DNA of 64,000 nt. Origin: Thermodesulfobacteriota bacterium. GTDB lineage: Bacteria; Desulfobacterota_D; UBA1144; Nemesobacterales; Nemesobacteraceae. Position 1 is the first letter of the stretch. Every line of letters begins with the position of its first letter. Positions 23,369-37,450 of this stretch are shown piece by piece. Under the pieces are notes generated by a model. It ran no database searches and had not been told where the DNA came from. It worked only from the letters and a program-made list of their open reading frames with translations. A program made the translations under genes and the position numbers. The stretch lies in the NCBI GenBank assembly GCA_965202785.1, contig OZ241855.1, forward strand, positions 128,001 through 192,000. The letters run 5' to 3'.

Positions 23369-24850
23369 TTACGGCGATCCGTCGTCCGTCTCCTCGCCCG
23401 GGGAAACGGCGTATCCCGAGAGCCGGGACTTCTCGGAGATATCCGGGGGAAGCTCTTTCGAGGTTTTAATTCCCAACTCCCTGAGATCCGAAGCTCTTTT
23501 CACGAGGTTACCCCTCCCGTCGCGAAGGCTGCCCATCGCCTTTTGATAAGCCTGATCGGACTGTTCTATGCGCTTTCCGACTTCCTCAAGATGCTCAACG
23601 AAAGTCACGAACTTGTCGTACATCCTGCCGGCGCTTTCGGCTATCTCCCTGGCGTTTGCGTTCTGGGACTCAAACTGCCAGATGCTGTGTATGGTTCTAA
23701 GCGTCGCGAGAAGAGTCGAGGGACAGACGATTATAACGTTTTTCTCGAAAGCCTCCGCATAAATATCCCTCTCCGTCTCTATGGCCAGCATGAAAGCCGA
23801 CTCGAGTGGAACGAACATCAAAACGTAGTTAAGGCTCGTTATTTCGGGGATATCCTCGTATCTCTTGTCGCTGAGTTCCTTTATGTGGCTTCGAAAGGAA
23901 AGAACGTGCTGTTTCAGGTAATCATCCCTCTCCTCCTCATCCTCGCAGGAGACGTATCTCTCGTAAGCAGTGAGCGAGACCTTGGAGTCGATTACAACAT
24001 CTTTTCCCTCAGGAAGGTGAACGATCACGTCGGGCCTCAGGGTATTGCCGTTACTTCCCTTGTAGCTTGACTGGGAGTGATACTCCCTTCCCTCGGAAAG
24101 ACCCGACATCTCAAGCGCCTTCTCAAGCACTATTTCGCCCCAGGCGCCCTGGGTCTGCGATTCTCCCTTGAGGGCGGTGGTAAGATTGAGGGCTTCCTGG
24201 CTCATCTGCTCGCCCAGTTTCTTGAGGTTCTCTATGTGGGTTTGCAGGGAAGCTCTGTCTTTGCTCGCCTCCGTGTGGGTATCAGTGACTTTCTTCTCGA
24301 AATCCTTTATCTGCTCGCGCAGGGGATTAAGCAGGGTCTCCATATCCGTCTTGTTCTTGTCGGTGAATTTCTTGGTCGTATCCTCGAAAATCCTGTTTCC
24401 GAGGTTCTCAAACTCATCTCCGAGTCTTTTTTTCGCTTCATCCAGAATGGCCAGTTTTTCCTCGAAACCCTTTCTTTCCTGCTCTATGGTCGCACTGAGC
24501 CCTGAGAGCGCACTTTCCTTCCTGGCAACCTCGGACCCTAGCTCACTAACCAGTTTTTCGAACCCGGAAATCCTTGAATCACGGTCCGAAATGGCGGCTT
24601 CCTTTTCTTTTACGCTGGACTGAAGGGAGGCTTTCTCGGCGTTAAGGGCACTTGTGGCCTCGACCGATTTCTTAAGCTCTCCTTCAAGCAGTACACCCTT
24701 GCTCTTTGACTCTTTCAGTTCGGTTCTTATAATGGACAGCTCGGTTTCGGCGGACTTTCTCTGGCCTTTTTCCCTGGTCAGATAGTAGAACAACGGAATA
24801 GCGACAATGGCAATCACGCCCAGGTGGGTAAGCAGGTCGGGGATATTCAT
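23369..24850 (-). CDS. rmuC: DNA recombination protein RmuC
   Basis: N-terminal TM plus coiled coil; QGAWGEIVLE, RPDVIVHLP, IDSKVSL, MFVPLES and PSTLLATL motifs. Confidence 0.95.
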   Translation of the reverse strand: MNIPDLLTHLGVIAIVAIPLFYYLTREKGQRKSAETELSIIRTELKESKSKGVLLEGELKKSVEATSALNAEKASLQSSVKEKEAAISDRDSRISGFEKLVSELGSEVARKESALSGLSATIEQERKGFEEKLAILDEAKKRLGDEFENLGNRIFEDTTKKFTDKNKTDMETLLNPLREQIKDFEKKVTDTHTEASKDRASLQTHIENLKKLGEQMSQEALNLTTALKGESQTQGAWGEIVLEKALEMSGLSEGREYHSQSSYKGSNGNTLRPDVIVHLPEGKDVVIDSKVSLTAYERYVSCEDEEERDDYLKQHVLSFRSHIKELSDKRYEDIPEITSLNYVLMFVPLESAFMLAIETERDIYAEAFEKNVIIVCPSTLLATLRTIHSIWQFESQNANAREIAESAGRMYDKFVTFVEHLEEVGKRIEQSDQAYQKAMGSLRDGRGNLVKRASDLRELGIKTSKELPPDISEKSRLSGYAVSPGEETDDGSP

Positions 24851-24951
24851 GGCAGATCTTATATTGTAAACTATTCGGCCTGACAATAAAAACGGCACAT
24901 ACATAGACTTGTACCAGACCAGTTTGCATTTTGTTCGGAGGAAGAATAGAC

Positions 24952-25233
24952 ATGAAAATTTCGAAAACTAAACGCGTCTGGACCGTCGCTGAGGCCAAGG
25001 TGAAACTTTCTGAAATACTGAGGCTTGCAGAGACTGAGGGTCCTCAGCGTATCGGAGTACGAAAGTCCTTCATTCTGGTACCTGAAAAGGTGTGGGAGAC
25101 TAGAGAACCGCCTAAAAAGCATATGGGTCAGTGGCTACTTGAAAACATGCCACGGGGAATCGAGCTTGAAATCCCGCATAACCGAGAGTCCAAACGCAAA
25201 ATCCCGTTCATTGAGGATGATGAAGCTGGATGA
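24952..25233 (+). CDS. Phd/YefM-family antitoxin
   Basis: WTVAEAKVKLSEILRLAETEGPQRI motif. Confidence 0.8.
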   Translation: MKISKTKRVWTVAEAKVKLSEILRLAETEGPQRIGVRKSFILVPEKVWETREPPKKHMGQWLLENMPRGIELEIPHNRESKRKIPFIEDDEAG

Positions 25234-25373
25234 TCGGCTATTTTCAGGGATACTGGGGTAGTATAATCGAAGCCGAACTATCTGTTTCCTTGATACTCGA
25301 AACTGCTCTTATAAACGAGTTCGCCTATCTATTGATTCAAGCTTTTAGAAAGGTACCGGGGTTACAGACTTAA
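25230..25373 (+). pseudogene. Possible degenerate VapC/PIN toxin remnant
   Basis: ATGA overlap with the antitoxin stop. Reads MIGYF then, after a 1-nt shift, DTGVV, resembling the PIN start YLLDTNVV. The remainder is unrecognisable. Confidence 0.3.
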
Positions 25374-25991
25374 GCTTACAAGTCCTCCAAACCCCGCGTC
25401 GACTCTTTTAACCCTCAGTGTAGCGCTTTAAATTCCAAGAGCCGTCTTATCCAGGCAATTCATCAGCTGAATTGATGTTGGGGAGGTCTGAGAGTTTCAC
25501 TCACCCGAGTGGAACAGGATGGGACTATTAGGACTGAATGTTCCGTATCACCTTGAAATAACTTAATTTTCACTTGACAAGCGTTTAAGCTGAGGGATAG
25601 AATTACTATTAGATTCTACGCAGTCTTCACAGCCTGCGAAGGTTACGATAATCTCAACTTAAAAGAATAATTTCCTAACAATATGATGGGGCAAGTGGCT
25701 AGTTGCAGGGTAATCACCTTAATTTTCACAGGCGAACGATCGAACGCTGACCGTCGGTGAGAATCTCCAATCCTCAAGACAAGTTTCACGGCCGATTAAC
25801 ACTCGCCAACTTAATCCCCCGCAAAACTTAGGTCCCGAACCTGTCAACCTCGTAATCCTTACGGAACCTTACTTTCCAGACTTGCTTCGCATGCTGCTCC
25901 CTGCCGCTTACGCATTATCTGGCCCCAACCTGTTGTTCCTATTGAGAAAAAACATTAAGCATTTCCCTAAAAAATCGCAGGAGGATTTATT

Positions 25992-26984
25992 ATGGGAGAG
26001 CAGAATACACTTGAGAAATCACATTCCATGAAATTGCTAGAAGAGGAAGCGAACCTTAGAGAGCTTATCAGCGAATCCGTGTCAGAAAACACGCTTAATA
26101 TCTACCACGGGGCGCTGCGTCGTCTTGGAGCGTTCATGGGAATTGAAGTCGGGAGAGAAATGGATGTAGACCTGCTGCTTGAAAAGCTCAATGACGTTGC
26201 TCTCGCCCGCTACATTGCGGCACTCGAAGCCGAGGGCAAGGCCCCCGCCACGGCTCAAATGGCTATAGCGGCGGTTTCCTACGCGGTGAAACTCAGAGAC
26301 ATAAAGTCACCGGTTAACAGGCTTACGGCGGCGGTAATGCGGGGATTTCGCCGCAAGGGAGCGAACCGGGGACGCGGCCAGGCCCGCGGGGTCAGCTGGA
26401 CACAGGCCGAGACGATGGCAGCTAAGGCGAGCGAAGATCCGGATTCGCTTTCAGGCATCCGTGACGCGGCTTTGATCTCGGTCATGTCCGACGCGATGCT
26501 GAGAATTTCCGAAGCGGCAGCGCTGCTTGTCTCAGACGTCACGGAAGAAACCGACGGTTCCGGGCGGCTGAGTGTCAGGCGCTCAAAGACGGATCAGGAA
26601 GGCAGGGGAGCGGTTCTTTATCTTGGCCGCCCGACGATGGTGCGGGTTCGCGCGTGGCGGGAAGCGGGAAGAGTGAATAACGGGGCGCTTTTTCGCAGAG
26701 TATCACGCGGAAAGATTCATACTTCTCGAGTCGGGGAAATGGCTCTACGCCCCTTGTCCATACGCCGCATTCTCAAAGCTCGAGCCGCGCAGGCAGGAAT
26801 AGAGGGGGTAAGCGGTCATTCTCTGCGCGTCGGGGCGGCGCAAAGCATGGCAGCCAGCGGTGCGACTCTCGTCGACATGCAGGTCGCGGGCCGCTGGCAG
26901 TCCCCGCAAATGCCTGCCCTCTACTCCAAGCATCAGCTTGCGGGGAGTAACGCCGTCGCTCGCATTCGCTACGGTTGCGGATGA
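25992..26984 (+). CDS. Tyrosine recombinase, Cre-like subgroup
   Basis: RDAAL..MLRISE (R), SKTDQEG (K), GHSLRVGAA (HxLR), GRWQS..MPALY (W, Y); N-terminal SAM-like domain; GGAGG RBS. Confidence 0.92.
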   Translation: MGEQNTLEKSHSMKLLEEEANLRELISESVSENTLNIYHGALRRLGAFMGIEVGREMDVDLLLEKLNDVALARYIAALEAEGKAPATAQMAIAAVSYAVKLRDIKSPVNRLTAAVMRGFRRKGANRGRGQARGVSWTQAETMAAKASEDPDSLSGIRDAALISVMSDAMLRISEAAALLVSDVTEETDGSGRLSVRRSKTDQEGRGAVLYLGRPTMVRVRAWREAGRVNNGALFRRVSRGKIHTSRVGEMALRPLSIRRILKARAAQAGIEGVSGHSLRVGAAQSMAASGATLVDMQVAGRWQSPQMPALYSKHQLAGSNAVARIRYGCG

Positions 26985-27440
26985 CGCGTTGCGTGACCGG
27001 GAAGGGTGGCAGCTGCGAAGCTAAATTTCACATCGGGAAAAACCGGAGTTAAAACGCAGCCTCGCTGCCCATCCCGGCAATCATCTCGCAAGAAAAGCCT
27101 AACTCCAAAAACCCCTCAACTTTAAGTTTAACAGAACGCCTGAGTAATTCCTCAGAGGAGAAAAAACACCGTATTACCACCATCCAAGCGACATAAGACT
27201 GGCCCTCTCCGCAAAGACATACAAGAAAAACGATAGATACAAGTTGCTTCGTTGCTTCTGATTCTTAACTGAAATTAGGGAACGGAACAAAACAAGTTTT
27301 TTCTGATATATGAATAATTTTGAGAATCAGGAATTACAGGAGTTAATCGAAAATTATAAAGAGGTGCGGGTTTCTTTGCTTCCAAACCTTTTGATAGCTA
27401 CTCAAGACTAAAATCTATAATTTTTAAAGGAGGATTTATT

Positions 27441-28832
27441 ATGAGATTACGTAATCTTTTCTTTGTCCTGCTGTTGTGCATGACAGTGGGAATACTCGGT
27501 GTTTCGTGTGAAGGAGATACCGGCCCGGCTGGTCCGCAAGGACCTCCAGGTGAACAAGGACCTCCGGGAGATTCCGGGGACTCTGATATGGACATGGATG
27601 ATGGTGAAGTCAGTGAAGATGCCTGTGAAGACCTCGTTGAAGGACCACGCAGGTTTGACGGCGGAACCGGCGATGATGTGATTTGTGGTGACGACAGTCG
27701 CAACAGGATATATGCCGGGGGAGGAAATGACGTTGTTCTCGCTATGGGTGGAAACGATATTGTTCATGGCGAAGCAGGAGATGACACCCTGGACGGTGGA
27801 TCTGGTGAAGACGAGTTAAGAGGTGGAGACAACGACGATGTTATCAGAGGTGGAGAGGGTAATGATGATATCGCGGGCGGTTCGGGGGACGACGTCATGG
27901 AAGGCGGACCGGGCAATGATGTTTTCTGGTCCCATGTCAATTACGCTGCCCCAACAGAAGCAGACGCAAACGCAACTAGCAACGTAGATGGCTCTGATGA
28001 TTTTATCGGTGGCGATGGCGTTGATACGGTCAACTTCTCAATGGCAGGAAACAGCGAGGCTGTAACCATAGACCTTGCAGAAGGCTATACGGACTTCGGC
28101 ATGGCTCACAACGACGATTCCGATACCTATGTCAGCATCGAAAACCTTGTTGGAACCGGTGAGGCCGATACGCTGATGGGCGATGACAATGATAATAACC
28201 TGAGCGGTGGTGCCGGCGACGACACAATCGAGGGGCGTGGCGGCAATGACGTGATTACCGGCGGTGCTGGTGCTAACACGGTCGATGGAGGAGATGGTGT
28301 TGATACTTTTGTCGTTGTTACTACAGGGGATGCCACAATTAATGCGCCTAGTGCAGGTACTGCTGTAAACTTCGAGAATCTTCTCGCCGCCTCCGGAACC
28401 GGTACAGATGGAGCTGATCTCGCGGGTATTAATCTGACAGGAGATAATATGCCTAATACCCTTACCGGTAACGGTGTAGCCAATACTCTTATGGGTGGAG
28501 GCGGAAACGATACCCTCATAGGGGGTGGTGGTACAGACAACCTGACAGGTGGCGAAGGCAACGATATTTTTGTTATTGCCATGGGACAAGGTGCTGACAA
28601 TATCACGGACTTTACTTTCCCGGCAGCAGGAGTGTCAGGATCTGTTGATATGATCCATTTAAAGGGTTTCCCTGCGGGCTCTGATATCGAAGCCGTTACA
28701 GGTCAGAATGCGCAAATTGCAGTAGATGGCGACGTTGTGGTGACTTTTACAAATGCTGACGCTACTGTAAATGCAAATACGGTTACTTCAATCTTGAGGG
28801 CACCTTCTACATTTGTGAGGTTTATCGACTAA
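27441..28832 (+). CDS. Lipoprotein with a collagen-like Gly-X-Y stretch and RTX/hemolysin-type Ca-binding repeats
   Basis: Lipobox LGVSC; GDTGPAGPQGPPGEQGPPGDS; many GGxGxD nonapeptides; D.ITDF motif. Confidence 0.9.
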   Translation: MRLRNLFFVLLLCMTVGILGVSCEGDTGPAGPQGPPGEQGPPGDSGDSDMDMDDGEVSEDACEDLVEGPRRFDGGTGDDVICGDDSRNRIYAGGGNDVVLAMGGNDIVHGEAGDDTLDGGSGEDELRGGDNDDVIRGGEGNDDIAGGSGDDVMEGGPGNDVFWSHVNYAAPTEADANATSNVDGSDDFIGGDGVDTVNFSMAGNSEAVTIDLAEGYTDFGMAHNDDSDTYVSIENLVGTGEADTLMGDDNDNNLSGGAGDDTIEGRGGNDVITGGAGANTVDGGDGVDTFVVVTTGDATINAPSAGTAVNFENLLAASGTGTDGADLAGINLTGDNMPNTLTGNGVANTLMGGGGNDTLIGGGGTDNLTGGEGNDIFVIAMGQGADNITDFTFPAAGVSGSVDMIHLKGFPAGSDIEAVTGQNAQIAVDGDVVVTFTNADATVNANTVTSILRAPSTFVRFID

Positions 28833-28882
28833 GGAACTAAACTTTTCTTTTGCAGTCTAGTGAACACTGTGAAAGATCCTCC

Positions 28883-28924
28883 GGGGCCGGGTACTCGTCA
28901 TCAAGTATCCGGCCCCTTTTTTTT
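28883..28924 (+). terminator. Rho-independent terminator
   Basis: ggggccgg..ccggcccc stem followed by T8. Confidence 0.85.
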
Positions 28925-28935
28925 GGAGATATCAG

Positions 28936-29199
28936 ATGTCTGCTCCTTCCAACCAAGAGATTTTAAGAGAAGTCCACAAGCTGCGAGAATCATCTAACAG
29001 GTTTCGTGTTGAGTTGAAAGACAAACTCGCAAACATCAAAGAAATGCTTGAGACCACGAGGGAAGATGTCAAGTCCACAAAAAAAAACACAGGTTATGCT
29101 CACAAAGATTTGGGGGAAATCTCGGAGGAGATAAGCCAAATCCTTTCTTTCGTTGAGCATTTTCCTGACTACAAGATTGAATTGAAACTTAGAAAATGA
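28936..29199 (+). CDS. Hypothetical coiled-coil protein
   Basis: GGAG RBS; 87 aa with a heptad-like helical pattern. Confidence 0.55.
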   Translation: MSAPSNQEILREVHKLRESSNRFRVELKDKLANIKEMLETTREDVKSTKKNTGYAHKDLGEISEEISQILSFVEHFPDYKIELKLRK

Positions 29200-29957
29200 T
29201 TAAACTGGACGCTGAGTGAGCTCTTCTTGTTAACGGACGAGAAGTACTAACACCCGAGTGATGCTGCAACATCACTCACCCCACTTCTTGCCCAGCGTCC
29301 TTGATTTAGGAGCCGGTTGAATAGCCGGTGTCCTTGGCACCTCCCGTATCCTGTTCGTAAAAGCCCTAGCGAGCTTTCCGGTTCCTTATATACCGTAAGG
29401 ATGCAGAACAAATGATAAATCAACCACTTTTACAATGGAGCGATAGCGGCAAAGATCCCCCAGATTTTCTTTCCGAGCTTGTCAATTCTTTTTTTCCTGA
29501 CCGGAGAATTTTAGTCCGAACCTTTAGTTCTTTCGTCCAAGCTTTCCTTTAAAGCCGCAGTTCTCCATCTTCAATCTTGGTTTCAATTTTCGCGAACCTG
29601 TCCTCCGACATTTAAGGGAATTCTTAAAATTTCATTTTTGGGGCAACAAAATGCATAGTTCCCTTTTATTCCTTATTCAAGATGGTGAACAGAATCTTGG
29701 CAAATCTAGCAGTACTATCTACAACCTTCCTTTTTTCCCTGCTTGCTTCGAGGGAATAAGCACCTACTACGTTGAGCGGAACCAGAAAGGATTGGAACTA
29801 TTTGAAATGGAAAAACAAGTAGCGGAAACCAGAAGATGGGGTCAGCGGAAAGTCAGTTCTAAGTTCTATAATTTCAGTTAAAAAACATTAAGAACTTGTC
29901 TATAAACTACCATAACAAATTCTAACATGTCAAGAACTTTATGAAGAAAACATATTT

Positions 29958-29980
29958 AAAAGAAGCAACCCTCAAGTTGC
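29958..29980 (-). terminator. Candidate terminator closing the rRNA operon
   Basis: Minus strand reads gcaac-ttgagg-gttgc-ttctttt, just after the 23S processing stem. Confidence 0.45.
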
Positions 29981-30048
29981 AGAATCCCTGGCAACTGAAT
30001 ATAACGCTTGAGAAATCGTGTGTTTATATCGAGAATTTTCAAACCTCG

Positions 30049-32995
<2,947 letters not shown>

Positions 32996-33104
32996 GCGAG
33001 GCGTGAAAATCCTCGATAATACTAACAACACGATCAATTCTGTTTCTCAGCGTTATATTCAATTGTCAAAGATCAAAAAAGCATTCGAAATTCTTTTTTT
33101 TATA

Positions 33105-33177
33105 TGGAGGTGAACGGGCTCGAACCGTCGACCTCCTGCTTGCAAAGCAGGCGCTCTCCCAACTGAGCTACACCCCC
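33105..33177 (-). tRNA. tRNA-Ala(TGC)
   Basis: Cloverleaf GGGGGTG..TTGCAA..GGTTCGAG..CACCTCCA; CCA is not encoded. Confidence 0.96.
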
Positions 33178-33180
33178 TAT

Positions 33181-33257
<77 letters not shown>

Positions 33258-33337
33258 CCTGTTGCTTTTTAAGCGCAGGAATTACTTTTTCGTAAAAAAG
33301 CAGACGACGAGCGAAAAAAAGACAGATATCTCCGTGA

Positions 33338-34878
<1,541 letters not shown>

Positions 34879-34968
34879 ATTTAAAAGAATTTACGGATAC
34901 TGCTCTAGTTCGCCCGCTATCGTCTGCTATTAAATTTTCAAAGATCAAGTTATCAAAATGGGTGGAAT

Positions 34969-35082
34969 ATAGTACTCACCCACCGGAAATTGTCAATTTA
35001 AAAAGAACAAGAAAAACAGAACAACTTCAAACAAAAAAATGAAAGTGAGCCATCATACTAACGGACGGTTTCGGTTTGGCAA
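34969..35082 (-). promoter_or_regulatory. Tandem rrn promoters P1/P2
   Basis: TTGCCA-16bp-TAGTAT (35082-35055) and TTGACA-16bp-TACTAT (34996-34969). Confidence 0.65.
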
Positions 35083-35149
35083 GGGCTTATTTGAAATTTA
35101 TTTTTAAAAACCAGAAAGAGATGTTCCGGTTCTTTTTTGCAAATGATTA

Positions 35150-35419
35150 CTATTTGAAAAGACTGGAATGGGAACCTGTACGGGCCAAATACAACTCATT
35201 CCCCTCAATGCGGTAAATAAGAAGCCAATCCGGTTCAATATGAACCTCTCTATAATCTTTCCAATTCCCTTTCAATGAGTGGTCCTTATGTTTTTCAGGC
35301 AACGGCTCCTGCCGCTGGAGAGATTCTATCAATGCCTGCAGCTTAGCCAAGTCTTTCCCCTGCTTCTTTGTTCTCCGCACATCGCTTCTGAACTTCCTAG
35401 AGGGAACAAGTGCGAGCAT
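35150..35419 (-). CDS. yafQ: YafQ-family mRNA interferase toxin
   Basis: KDHSLKGNWKDYREVHIEPDWLLIY..ARTGSHSSLF motif. Confidence 0.93.
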   Translation of the reverse strand: MLALVPSRKFRSDVRRTKKQGKDLAKLQALIESLQRQEPLPEKHKDHSLKGNWKDYREVHIEPDWLLIYRIEGNELYLARTGSHSSLFK

Positions 35420-35421
35420 GA

Positions 35422-35679
35422 CTAAATGCCGAAATCTTCAAACATTTCCTCAACACTGCTATAGCGCGTCCCTCCGCCAGCCTCTAATTCCTTCATGGCT
35501 TTGGCCGTGGCAGCATTAGGCACTTTGACAATAAATGGCAACTGCTTTTCCTCTGCAACCCGCAATAACAACAGACGAATCGCATCGGAAATTGTCAAAC
35601 CCATAGCTTCAAGCACTTCCATAGCTTCTGTTTTGACATCGCTGTTAATTCTAGCACGTACAACAGTATTGTTGCTCAT
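35422..35679 (-). CDS. dinJ: DinJ/RelB-family antitoxin
   Basis: VVRARI..GLTISDAIRLLL..LPF..VPNAAT; lies upstream of yafQ. Confidence 0.92.
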   Translation of the reverse strand: MSNNTVVRARINSDVKTEAMEVLEAMGLTISDAIRLLLLRVAEEKQLPFIVKVPNAATAKAMKELEAGGGTRYSSVEEMFEDFGI

Positions 35680-35696
35680 ATCGAACCTCCCAAATC

Positions 35697-35717
35697 TGTA
35701 GCATTATTGTAGCTACA
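35697..35717. promoter_or_regulatory. Palindromic operator candidate for dinJ-yafQ
   Basis: tgtagc-N9-gctaca just upstream of the RBS. Confidence 0.5.
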
Positions 35718-35906
35718 ACCGCCGCCATGTCAAATTCTCATCCGCAGTCTTTAAAAACTTCCTCGACATCGCCATATATAACACACAATCCCGATTCAGA
35801 GTTCCCGAGGCCAACTCATCTCTTGAATTTAGGGAATGAATACGTACAATTTTCCCTTCGAAAATACCGCGGGACAAGGAAACCCCGCCGCGACCTCCCC
35901 GAAAAC

Positions 35907-37352
35907 ATGCGAAAAGAACTTCCCAAGATAAAAATCTATAATTCTCTCTCGCAGAAAAAAGAAGATCTCGTTCCCTTTGAGGGAGACAAGATCCGTATGT
36001 ACGTGTGCGGCCCCACGGTATATGATTCAGCCCACCTGGGACACGCCCGCTCCGCCGTGTCTTTTGACATAATACAGAGATTCCTTAGATACGCCGGCTA
36101 CGACGTGCTGTTCGCAAGGAACTACACCGACATAGACGATAAGATAATAACTCGTGCAAACCAGGAAGGGGTAAGCTGCGATGAGATATCCGAGAAATAC
36201 ATAAAGGAATACAGAGAGGACATGGCCTCAATAGGGGTTGAGACTCCTGACGTCGAGCCCCGGGTAACCGAGCATCTGGAGCAGATAATAGCTCTTATAG
36301 AGAAGATAATAGAAAAAGGCTTCGCTTACCGCTCGGGCAACAACGTATTTTTCTCCGTGAGAAAATTCCCGGACTACGGAAAGCTCTCCTGCAGGTCGCT
36401 TGATCACATGCTTGAAGGCGTGAGGATAGACATTAACGAAGAAAAGGAAGACCCTCTTGATTTCGCGCTCTGGAAGGAGTCAAAACCCGGCGAGCCCGCA
36501 TGGAAGAGCCCGTGGGGGGACGGAAGGCCCGGATGGCACATAGAGTGCTCCGTTATGAGCATGGAGTACCTGGGAACGAACTTCGAGATACATGGAGGGG
36601 GAAAGGACCTCATTTTCCCGCATCACGAAAACGAAATAGCCCAGTCAGAGGCCGCCTCTGGAGAGCCGTTCGCAAAGTACTGGCTTCATAACGGCCTCAT
36701 AAGAATAAACAAGGAAAAGATGTCAAAGTCCCTGGGAAACTTCTTCACGCTGTCTGAGGCAACGAAGAGATGGTCCCCCGAGGCCATAAGGCTTTTCTTT
36801 CTCTCGCACCACTACCAGAACCCCGCAGACTTTTCAGAAAAAAGCATGCACGACAGCGAGGCGGCGCTTGAGAGGATATACCTCACCCTGCTGAGAGCCG
36901 CCGAGGCGCGGGAGGCAAAGGGTTCCGATCCCGCACTCGAGGGTTCGATCAAAAAATTCGAGGAGGATTTTCACTCCTCGATGAGCGATAACTTTAACAC
37001 CGCTGACGTGGTGGGAAATCTCTTTGACCTGATACGCTCGATTAACAGGTCGCTTGACTCCGTGGGAAAGACTCAAAGCGCAACCCTTGCGCTTGAGAAG
37101 ATAAAGGAGATATGCGGAGTGCTCGGAGTGCTCTCAGAGGAACCGGCCGAGTACATGGAGAGAAGAAAGTCCGCCGCGAATCTCTCGGACATAGACCCCC
37201 TTGAGATAGAGAAACTGATAGAAGAGAGGAACTCGGCCAGAAAGGAAAAGAACTGGAAAAAGGCCGATGAAATAAGGGACTACCTAAGCTCCAAGGGAAT
37301 CGTGCTTGAAGACCGCCCGGGCGGAACCGACTGGAAAGCGCAGAGGTCCTGA
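35907..37352 (+). CDS. cysS: Cysteine-tRNA ligase
   Basis: MYVCGPTVY, HLGHAR, GRPGWHIECS and KMSKS motifs. Confidence 0.97.
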   Translation: MRKELPKIKIYNSLSQKKEDLVPFEGDKIRMYVCGPTVYDSAHLGHARSAVSFDIIQRFLRYAGYDVLFARNYTDIDDKIITRANQEGVSCDEISEKYIKEYREDMASIGVETPDVEPRVTEHLEQIIALIEKIIEKGFAYRSGNNVFFSVRKFPDYGKLSCRSLDHMLEGVRIDINEEKEDPLDFALWKESKPGEPAWKSPWGDGRPGWHIECSVMSMEYLGTNFEIHGGGKDLIFPHHENEIAQSEAASGEPFAKYWLHNGLIRINKEKMSKSLGNFFTLSEATKRWSPEAIRLFFLSHHYQNPADFSEKSMHDSEAALERIYLTLLRAAEAREAKGSDPALEGSIKKFEEDFHSSMSDNFNTADVVGNLFDLIRSINRSLDSVGKTQSATLALEKIKEICGVLGVLSEEPAEYMERRKSAANLSDIDPLEIEKLIEERNSARKEKNWKKADEIRDYLSSKGIVLEDRPGGTDWKAQRS

Positions 37353-37450
37353 CGCTGCTCCATGAAGAAATATCGTCTTTTCTTGCTTCGTGAAAGCTCC
37401 TAGCACACAGTCGGACGAAGCGGGAAAAACACGTACAGGAGGCAACAACT

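Noticed and set aside
29430-29881. Short ORF fragments, including track ORF 29651-29881 and a broken coiled-coil/TM-like frame at 29430-29611
   Set aside because: No clear RBS or motif and multiple stops, so a gene call cannot be supported.
25947-29892. 13-bp direct repeat aaaaaacattaag as an islet target duplication
   Set aside because: Low-complexity AT-rich match that is plausible by chance, and the left copy is too close to the recombinase start.
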